A stretch of DNA of 64,000 bases, from sequence record MT446416.1. One strand, written 5' to 3'. Below the pieces are notes generated by a model. It did not search any database and was not told the DNA's origin. It was given only the letters and a program-made list of their open reading frames with translations. Each line of letters starts with the position of its first letter. Position 1 is the first letter of the stretch. A program made the translations under genes and the position numbers. Below are positions 57,339 through 64,000 of the stretch, piece by piece.

Positions 57339-57614
57339 AAATCGCGTCCACAATCCTTGAACTCCCTTAGCAAATTCGTAAGGTGCGAACCTTATACATC
57401 TATCTAGGAACTCTCTGTGTGCTTATTGGAGTTCTTTATACAGCCGTGTCGCCGTGATTCGTGGTCTTATCTCGTGTTTGTTTGATTGCCAGTACTCTAA
57501 CAGGTTTCTTTTGCTGTTCGCTACAACGGTAAAGCTCATCTATCCTTTACATTTTCAAGAGAAGTAGGTTCTCATTATCCATTTTTCAATGTCCGTTGTC
57601 ATTTTACAATATAC

Positions 57615-57642
57615 ATTATATCACTAGGATGTATTATGTCCC
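57615..57642 (-). promoter_or_regulatory. GGGACA-N16-TATAAT promoter
   Basis: Minus strand GGGACA taatacatcctagtga TATAAT, pointing into the non-coding gap. Confidence 0.65.
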
Positions 57643-57643
57643 G

Positions 57644-58057
57644 TTACATGTATACCTTTTTCAAATCCTTGGAACAACGGTCAAAAATTGTTTTGATGAA
57701 TTCGACATCCTCTTTGATATTGGAGTCTATAGCATCATTCTCGTTTCTTGTCGTGTTCCTGTATTTGTGTTCAGGGTGATTGTATACCACCTTGACTACA
57801 TTATTTAGGTCTACAAAAAATGACGATTTTTGCGTATAGGAAGCCTGAAGCTTAATGAGTTTACCATCGTTTTGTAGATTAGTCTTGTGAATTAGTTCTT
57901 CAATACCATCTAAATGGCTATAGCTATCCTGTTCTTTGACGAATGTAACAGTTACCAGTACTGACTTCTCATCTCCAAAGTCAGAGATATTTTTAACAGC
58001 ACTGATGATTTCTAAGTTTGAAAAATCTAATTCTTTTAGCATTACAAGTATTTCCAT
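57644..58057 (-). CDS. Hypothetical protein
   Basis: ORF coupled to the upstream gene; true start may be ATG 58042. Confidence 0.55.
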   Translation of the reverse strand: MEILVMLKELDFSNLEIISAVKNISDFGDEKSVLVTVTFVKEQDSYSHLDGIEELIHKTNLQNDGKLIKLQASYTQKSSFFVDLNNVVKVVYNHPEHKYRNTTRNENDAIDSNIKEDVEFIKTIFDRCSKDLKKVYM

Positions 58058-58398
58058 AAAGTTCGATAAGTGATAATTTCTTCTCTGGTAACAGAAACTT
58101 CATAGCACTTAACACCATCAGTTTCATTTCTGAATGGTTCTGCTGGTCTATCTTCTGTTAAACCTCGTTCATACGTACAATGATAATATTTGTTCGTGTT
58201 CATGTCAAGAAAAACTAGATCAAATTCTTCTGTCCATCGTCTATGCCCTTTACTTTCATTACTAATGATTTTGTACTTAACATCTGGATTGAATGATTCA
58301 GTACTGTCATCCCATGTACCATAGTCAGTATATTCATCATCTTCATCTAACTCTGCCAGATGCCACATTAACTGCGGTAAAAAGATTTTAGATTTCAT
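58042..58398 (-). CDS. Hypothetical protein
   Basis: SD GGAG; GHRRW...F.LVF ... YERGLTE pattern. Confidence 0.6.
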   Translation of the reverse strand: MKSKIFLPQLMWHLAELDEDDEYTDYGTWDDSTESFNPDVKYKIISNESKGHRRWTEEFDLVFLDMNTNKYYHCTYERGLTEDRPAEPFRNETDGVKCYEVSVTREEIITYRTLWKYL

Positions 58399-58407
58399 TT
58401 ATTTTCT

Positions 58408-58442
58408 CCAAAAAAATAGGGACTCGATTTCTCAAGTCCCTA
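58408..58442 (-). terminator. Intrinsic terminator
   Basis: TAGGGACTTGA-GAAA-TCGAGTCCCTA-TTTTTTT. Confidence 0.8.
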
Positions 58443-58452
58443 TCATAACACA

Positions 58453-59064
58453 TTAATTGTGATTATTCAATTTCTTTTGTTCTTTTTTTAGAGCTTTCAT
58501 ATGTCGTCCAAAATCACGGACATGCCATATATGGTCGGTTTCCCATAGTTCTGTACGTAAACGGCGTTCTTCCAATTCTTCTGGAGTAGGAATTTTAGAT
58601 TTCTTCTTATCTTTATTGAAAAAATCATTCATATGTTCTTCCAGTAGATTTCTACCCTTAACTTTTTCCAGGAATTCATCTACTGATTCAGTTTTATTAG
58701 AACGAAGACTGTTACAACGTGAACACATTGTGTTGTAATTTGACTCTAAATCAGGTCCACCCTTAGATGCTAGTTGGTTATTATCTACTGTCATCAGTAC
58801 TTCATATAGACCACAAACTGCATAGACATTTAAGTGAGGTTTACCATATACCGGATCTGTGCTATGTGAACGCTCAATGCGAACTTCAGTAGCTTCAATG
58901 CCACACGCAACGCATTTGCAATTCTTAACGAATGTCAGTACTTTTTGTGGGAAGTATCGGAAAGTAACACCGTTATATGTATAGCGTTTCATCTGTGTAC
59001 TTCTTTGATTTAACTCATTAAGAAGTGATAGTTTGGCAACATAGTAGACCTGATATTTTGACAT
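58453..59064 (-). CDS. HNH/McrA-like Zn-binding protein
   Basis: CVACG ... TVDNNQLASKGG.D...N...MC..CN..RS; the usual DH histidine is Asn. Confidence 0.65.
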   Translation of the reverse strand: MSKYQVYYVAKLSLLNELNQRSTQMKRYTYNGVTFRYFPQKVLTFVKNCKCVACGIEATEVRIERSHSTDPVYGKPHLNVYAVCGLYEVLMTVDNNQLASKGGPDLESNYNTMCSRCNSLRSNKTESVDEFLEKVKGRNLLEEHMNDFFNKDKKKSKIPTPEELEERRLRTELWETDHIWHVRDFGRHMKALKKEQKKLNNHN

Positions 59065-59066
59065 TT

Positions 59067-59381
59067 TTAATCCTCGGATTTAATTTTAACCTTAACATCT
59101 TGATTTTGTAAATCACGAATAGTTTTAATTAATGCATCATGTTTTAGTGCACAGTCATTGTACATTGCATCCCATTTTGCAAGTACTGCAAGAATTTCAG
59201 CACCATCATATCCTCTGAACCCGTTTTTATCGACCATGATCTTACTTGGTAGTGGTGTGTTTTCATCACAACGTTCAAGTAAGATTTCTTGTTCTACAAT
59301 TGGCTTAGGTTGATACTTAATTTCTTCAGCACAACCACTAATTAATAGAAAAGAAATTGCAAATACTAAAGCGTATTTCAT
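59067..59381 (-). CDS. o-spanin (Rz1-like lipoprotein)
   Basis: Signal peptide with lipobox LISGC; Cys-containing helical C-terminus; overlaps the i-spanin end. Confidence 0.8.
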   Translation of the reverse strand: MKYALVFAISFLLISGCAEEIKYQPKPIVEQEILLERCDENTPLPSKIMVDKNGFRGYDGAEILAVLAKWDAMYNDCALKHDALIKTIRDLQNQDVKVKIKSED

Positions 59382-59752
59382 TTGAATTTATTCCTCGCTG
59401 CAAGGGAATTCTGTTTAAGTTCATTCAGAAGTTTAACGCCATCTTCATCTAGACATACGTTTTTGTAAACTTCTCTTTCTACTATAATAGGCACTTGTGT
59501 CTCGATAACTTTAGCATTATCTTGCATTATCTTTTTGGTTTCGATATAGTTTTTTGCATTTTCTTGCTGCATCTTAGCGAGTGCAGAATCAACTTTCTTT
59601 TCTATTTTTTGGTCAATACTTTCTTTATAACCAGTATAATAAGTATTTGCTGACCATCCACCATAAACACAACCTGCCATTACTCCTACTACCAAAATTG
59701 GTTTCCAATATGGTATTAAAACTTTTGAAACAATAATTTCTAGTACACTCAT
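59378..59752 (-). CDS. i-spanin (Rz-like)
   Basis: Single N-terminal TM helix, coiled coil, C-terminal Y.NVCLD; CTAAATA late core upstream (59780). Confidence 0.75.
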   Translation of the reverse strand: MSVLEIIVSKVLIPYWKPILVVGVMAGCVYGGWSANTYYTGYKESIDQKIEKKVDSALAKMQQENAKNYIETKKIMQDNAKVIETQVPIIVEREVYKNVCLDEDGVKLLNELKQNSLAARNKFK

Positions 59753-59805
59753 AATAACATCTCCTATAGTTGGTAATATTATTTAGAGTGTACTATATTA
59801 TATGT

Positions 59806-60222
59806 TTACAACATTTTTTGAATATGATCTACGAGTTTACATAGCATTGTATCATTATCTTCGTACTTTTGATCAACTTCAACTTTGAATTCTTCTTCAA
59901 GTTCCATGATCATTTCAATCCAGTCAAGCCAATCGAATTTAAATTTATCTTCAATTTCCCATTTCTTAAGATGGAAGTTCATTGATACATCTTTCTCTGA
60001 TGCATTTTTGTCGCGACTTGTAATGAATTTGACAATTGCTTTTTCAACGTCAGTTAGTTCACGTGTGCGATATTCTGGATCAAGATACCATTCGCCATTA
60101 TTGATAGCTTCCAACGAAAGTCTAAGTTCATGCATTAGTTTATAACGATCAGTACTTTTCTGGATGCGGTTAACTTCGCGATTCAGTACACGTAGTGCGT
60201 CTTTGATTTGTTCGTTTAGCAT
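59806..60222 (-). CDS. Protein with a C-terminal acyl-carrier-protein-like domain (Ser site replaced by Trp)
   Basis: FDWLDWIEMIMELEEEFKVEV vs canonical ACP [20 protein letters not shown]; ATG 60222 after GAGG. Confidence 0.65.
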   Translation of the reverse strand: MLNEQIKDALRVLNREVNRIQKSTDRYKLMHELRLSLEAINNGEWYLDPEYRTRELTDVEKAIVKFITSRDKNASEKDVSMNFHLKKWEIEDKFKFDWLDWIEMIMELEEEFKVEVDQKYEDNDTMLCKLVDHIQKML

Positions 60223-60232
60223 AACAATCCTC

Positions 60233-62509
60233 TTATTTTTTACTGTACCATTGCATTTCACGGATATCTAATAGTACCTTCGTAGCCAACTTTATGTTTG
60301 GTCGCTTCGGTAGATGGGTTTTATGATACGCCACATTTCGGATGTAGTCAACCTTTTCGTTGAAATAATCCATAACTTCTTGATACAACCACTTCCCGTT
60401 ACGAATGTCCATCAACATAGCAGCATCTGGTCGGTGAACTTGGATGATGCCAGTTTCAAGTGCTTCCTCGGCTGTATTCAGCAGCCTGATTGTATGCATA
60501 GCATGTTTGCAATTTCCATGTAATGCGGTTTTTCCATTTCTACGAGTAATGAGTGTTCCGTTGGGAACAGAAAAACACACAGTTCTGTAATTAGTAACTG
60601 GAATTTTTTCAAGATTTTGTTTCATGTTCATTTTTTCGGTTTTGGGTTTCATATTGATATGAATTTGATATATATCAACACTACCAAAATTGGTTTCGTT
60701 TGTGTATGGTCCCCATTTTGATGTTTCATAACCACATAGCAATGCTAGTTTTTGAACATCATCAGCTAATAATGAATTGGTAGTATAATATACAAATGTA
60801 TCATTGTCATTAACTAAATTTCGTTTTGTTCCATCACCTTGTAACAAACCTTTCAGAAGGAAATCCATTTTACGTTTTGTTAAATCAAATACCCAATTTG
60901 GAATTCGTTTATTATATGAACCATGTCCACAATCATTATATAATGCTTCAGCTACTTCACTTGGGAATGTATATCTTGATTCGTCATTAGCTTGATAATC
61001 TTTCTTTTCTATAATGTATTCATTAAACATTAATTGACCAGATTTTTTGTATTTTGATAAAGCACAACGCATACCTTGACTAGTTTTTGACTGGGAAATA
61101 TATAAAGATTTTACTTTACCATCCCTGAAATTTATGCACCCATCTGAAATAAACCATCCCATGAGTTGAAGATAAACTTTGATATCCATGTAGTCAATTG
61201 GACTTTTTTTATCTTTGTGTTCTTTAGTTATTGGGGATATTGTATTCAAAATTTTATATGTTTCTTTTAATTGTGCTGCTTCTACAAATTTCCAATCAGA
61301 CATATCTTTTTGTTGATTTCGTGCATAATCCTTAACATACATTCGGTGGTTAGCAGTCACTAAAGTATCTTGGTGATGACCAGTGAAATGGTATAGATTG
61401 CCATTATATAAATTATCAAAACGTTCAGTGTATTTCTGATATTCAACTTTGTGATTTTTGTCAAAAGTAGCTAATAGATCGTTTTCAGTAATATCATCAA
61501 ATAACTTCCAACCATCTTTAGTTAAGAATTCAGTATCAAAACTATAACAGTCATAACCGTGGTGTGATTCAAGAATAGCACGTTTGGCATTACGGTTCTG
61601 CTTCCATTTGTGATAACTCTTACGGTTCTCACTATTTTCTTTGTATTCCTTTTCATTGAATTTTACAATGAGTTCAGGACGAACTTTTAATTCTTCCGAA
61701 GTACGTTCTTTATTGAAGTAACGTAGTGAACCATCAGCATTCACTGTACTTTCATTCGGGTTGATAATTACCCCAAAGATGTTTTCACCGTAATGGATTA
61801 GTTCATATCCAGAATTGTAATTCAATAAATTGAAATCACGATCTAATACTTTGTCAGTACTATAATTATGTACTAAACGTACAAAATGATATTGTTTCAA
61901 TGCTTGTGTTGAAACTAATTGTAATGAAGTATCACGCATGTATTTTTCGAAATCAATTTTTGTAGCATTGAATGGGTGAAGATTGGATTTATTCAAACGG
62001 TCAACCAAATACTGCGGGAATGTATCATACATCCATGAAAGTACTTCGTCAACTGGATGTTCTTCTAAAATTTCATTTAGTTTACGTTCAGCAATTCGTT
62101 CCTTATCGAGCCATCCGTGGTGATTCGACATACGCTTAACCTGATTGTATGCATAACCACTGTATGAATGAGCAATCTTTGAACTCAATAATTGCTGATT
62201 GAATGAGCGTAGATAGTCATAGATTTCAGTACTTTCTACGATGTGTTCCGGTTTAACCCATAGTGATTCAAGAATGTTTGGGTTAGCTTCTGTATAAAGA
62301 CTTAAGTACTGATTGACTTCATAAAATTTAGTATCTTCTTCAGAAGGATCTGAAACTTCCTTAACATTAAAAAAAGGAGTTAGGATAAATTCTTTGTTTG
62401 CAAGGAAGATACCACGATAATCGGTATCACTTTCTGGTGTGCTTGTGCCATACGCCTGTGAACCCGCTAAGTGTTTAACAATTGTTTGTTCTAGAAAATT
62501 GTTTTTCAT
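60233..62509 (-). CDS. Pol-beta-superfamily nucleotidyltransferase (PF10127/RlaP-like) interrupted by an intein
   Basis: AGSQAYGTSTPESDTDYRGIF, DTKFYEV..Y, ANPNILESLW; after intein removal HHGYD|CKHAMHTIRLL. Confidence 0.8.
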   Translation of the reverse strand: MKNNFLEQTIVKHLAGSQAYGTSTPESDTDYRGIFLANKEFILTPFFNVKEVSDPSEEDTKFYEVNQYLSLYTEANPNILESLWVKPEHIVESTEIYDYLRSFNQQLLSSKIAHSYSGYAYNQVKRMSNHHGWLDKERIAERKLNEILEEHPVDEVLSWMYDTFPQYLVDRLNKSNLHPFNATKIDFEKYMRDTSLQLVSTQALKQYHFVRLVHNYSTDKVLDRDFNLLNYNSGYELIHYGENIFGVIINPNESTVNADGSLRYFNKERTSEELKVRPELIVKFNEKEYKENSENRKSYHKWKQNRNAKRAILESHHGYDCYSFDTEFLTKDGWKLFDDITENDLLATFDKNHKVEYQKYTERFDNLYNGNLYHFTGHHQDTLVTANHRMYVKDYARNQQKDMSDWKFVEAAQLKETYKILNTISPITKEHKDKKSPIDYMDIKVYLQLMGWFISDGCINFRDGKVKSLYISQSKTSQGMRCALSKYKKSGQLMFNEYIIEKKDYQANDESRYTFPSEVAEALYNDCGHGSYNKRIPNWVFDLTKRKMDFLLKGLLQGDGTKRNLVNDNDTFVYYTTNSLLADDVQKLALLCGYETSKWGPYTNETNFGSVDIYQIHINMKPKTEKMNMKQNLEKIPVTNYRTVCFSVPNGTLITRRNGKTALHGNCKHAMHTIRLLNTAEEALETGIIQVHRPDAAMLMDIRNGKWLYQEVMDYFNEKVDYIRNVAYHKTHLPKRPNIKLATKVLLDIREMQWYSKK
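60512..61549 (-). mobile_element. Intein (346 aa) with LAGLIDADG-type endonuclease domain
   Basis: Starts CYSFDTEFLTKDGW, block B LVTANHRMY, LMGWFISDGC and LKGLLQGDG motifs, ends CFSVPNGTLITRRNGKTALHGN followed by Cys+1. Confidence 0.92.
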
Positions 62510-62907
62510 AAGTAAATCGTTAACTCCTTTAGAAAACCATTATAGTATCGTTTAAAATCATGATCCAGTACTTGGTAGTCATTGTAACTAAAACCTAGAT
62601 TTATAATAGTATCTTCTTGGAAGAATTTCTCTTCATTCATTACTTCGATAGGTTCATATACTTTTCCACCTTTATATACTTTAGTAAAGAACATACCATC
62701 ATTGTTAATTTCAACGTACATGAAATTATTTTCTGGATCTCGTGGACACACAATGTTTAATGAACTGGTTCCGTTGTTATTATATTCGTATGAGATAATA
62801 TCAAAAGAATCGATACCATAACACTTGGACTTTTCTTTGTCACCAAAGACTTTTCTATCTGTACTCATATTGCGTATAGTACTATAGATATCATCAACTG
62901 TAGTCAT
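62506..62907 (-). CDS. Hypothetical protein (EEKFFQ motif family)
   Basis: MNEEKFFQE motif like 48203. Confidence 0.55.
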   Translation of the reverse strand: MTTVDDIYSTIRNMSTDRKVFGDKEKSKCYGIDSFDIISYEYNNNGTSSLNIVCPRDPENNFMYVEINNDGMFFTKVYKGGKVYEPIEVMNEEKFFQEDTIINLGFSYNDYQVLDHDFKRYYNGFLKELTIYL

Positions 62908-62909
62908 AA

Positions 62910-63419
62910 TTAACCACCGTACTTTGACTTGTATGTTTCTAATGATAAAGAAATACGATTTTGCTTTTTAATTCTTTCATCAATATCCTTTGAATTCTTC
63001 ACACTTCTGTATACATCAGCTAATAAATTATAATCTTCTTTATTTGAACTATGCGGTGACCAACCTATATCTGTTTTGATTCGAACATATGCTTTATTTG
63101 ATGTGAAATAAAAACTGAATCCGTTGGACCCATCAAAAATATCATAAGTATCTACCCAATCGCCATAAGGGAAACTCATTGGTACTGACTCGTGATCAAT
63201 AGTGATATCCGATAAATTTTTAGAACAGTACTTTGCAAAGTGATATACAATCGGATCGCATTTTGATAATTCATATTTGTATTCAATGATAGATTTTCTA
63301 TTAGTATCATTGATGGCATATTCTTTCATCAAAGGACTTTTTTTGATGATAAGAGTCCACAGAAACGATTCTAATCCAGTTTCATCAACTTTTTCTTTCT
63401 TTTTGAAAAATGAAATCAT
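62910..63419 (-). CDS. Hypothetical protein (paralogue of 63416-63937)
   Basis: IND..RK.I.E.KYELSK shared motif. Confidence 0.6.
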   Translation of the reverse strand: MISFFKKKEKVDETGLESFLWTLIIKKSPLMKEYAINDTNRKSIIEYKYELSKCDPIVYHFAKYCSKNLSDITIDHESVPMSFPYGDWVDTYDIFDGSNGFSFYFTSNKAYVRIKTDIGWSPHSSNKEDYNLLADVYRSVKNSKDIDERIKKQNRISLSLETYKSKYGG

Positions 63420-63937
63420 TTATATAAACCCTTAATTTTCTGTCTATTATGTATATCATTTTGCTGAATTTTCAAATTAGTAAGATTGTGTCTTACACCT
63501 TCAACACCACGCATTATTTGTAACATAATTAGTGATTCATCATAGGTTAGCACATTGCTATTATTATCGATATACACCTTCACTCCACTTTCAAGATAAT
63601 CATTTTCTTTGGAGTTGAAGTTTCTAATAGCAAACTTGACTCCATTTGTTGTATCCGTGAATACATATCGTTCAGCACCGTAGAATGTTCTACCACGAAA
63701 TAAACTGCCGTCTTCCCACTTCCAACGACTGGAATCATAATCATTAACGTAATCAATGATTAATGGTAGCAAAGGGTGTTTGCTCAATTTATATTTTGCT
63801 TCTAACAGAACACGACGATCTTGATCTGTATTGATACTATCTTTAAGTGAAAAACTTTTTGATATAATTTTAAAGATAATTTCATGCCAAATTAAAGTAC
63901 TGTTTTGTTTTCCAACTGGGCCAAAAAACATATTCAT
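63416..63937 (-). CDS. Hypothetical protein (paralogue of 62910-63419)
   Basis: INTDQDRRVLLEAKYKLSK; SD GAGGA. Confidence 0.6.
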   Translation of the reverse strand: MNMFFGPVGKQNSTLIWHEIIFKIISKSFSLKDSINTDQDRRVLLEAKYKLSKHPLLPLIIDYVNDYDSSRWKWEDGSLFRGRTFYGAERYVFTDTTNGVKFAIRNFNSKENDYLESGVKVYIDNNSNVLTYDESLIMLQIMRGVEGVRHNLTNLKIQQNDIHNRQKIKGLYK

Positions 63938-63967
63938 TCCTCATTAATATAAATCAGTAATGTCTTT

Positions 63968-64000
63968 GTATGCATTAAACTGTAACAGTTTAATGCATAC
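63968..64000. repeat. Perfect 16-bp inverted repeat (33-bp palindrome) running to the window end
   Basis: GTATGCATTAAACTGT-A-ACAGTTTAATGCATAC. Confidence 0.85.

Larger units (their letters stand above)
56960..57608 (-). ncRNA. Candidate large structured non-coding RNA (family unknown)
   Basis: ORF-poor gap that looks more GC-rich than its flanks; promoter 57615-57642, U-tailed hairpin 57094-57119, at least seven hairpins and a 30-nt direct repeat. Confidence 0.5.

Noticed and set aside
56960-57608. tRNA, tmRNA or RNase P RNA
   Set aside because: No cloverleaf or CCA end, no GGGG...CCACCA tmRNA termini, no GAGGAAAGUCC RNase P signature; the GGTTCGCACC hairpin has a 6-nt loop and lacks the other tRNA arms.

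Overview
This is a 64-kb, AT-rich segment of a large T4-related (jumbo) myophage genome. Gene content and order best fit the GAP32/RAK2/PBECO4-type jumbo phages of Enterobacterales; that is an inference from recognisable families, not a database match. About 1-21 kb and 27-42 kb are virion morphogenesis genes: gp13/gp14-like neck proteins, a gp15-like tail terminator, gp4-like head-completion nuclease, an 887-aa tail sheath, two tail-tube paralogues plus a third tube-fold protein, a WcaM-like colanic-acid tailspike, a 1652-aa repetitive fibre and a DUF4376-like fibre partner. Interspersed are host-type or metabolic genes: ClpA, thymidylate synthase, dNMP kinase, thymidine kinase, two Nudix hydrolases, glutaredoxin, macrodomain, CCA-adding enzyme, HPF, a Dps-like protein, a MoxR AAA+/vWA-metallopeptidase pair, LysM-lysozyme, spanins and an intein-containing nucleotidyltransferase. 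There are also three free-standing homing-endonuclease-like genes and many small hypothetical ORFs. No tRNA, rRNA or CRISPR array was found. Signals the ORF track does not explain: (i) a roughly 5-6-fold excess of the palindrome AGTACT (about 125 copies by hand count), absent from the mobile endonuclease/intein sequences; (ii) an ORF-poor, hairpin-dense region of about 650 nt at 56.96-57.61 kb with its own promoter, terminator and a 30-nt direct repeat (candidate large ncRNA); (iii) a GGGACA-N16-TATAAT promoter class; (iv) a late promoter nested in an RBS-sequestering hairpin; (v) an ACP-like domain lacking the phosphopantetheine serine, a 2H-phosphoesterase (Acb1-like candidate) and a degenerate Pth2-like protein; (vi) two genes split by a single extra base and two unannotated small ORFs.
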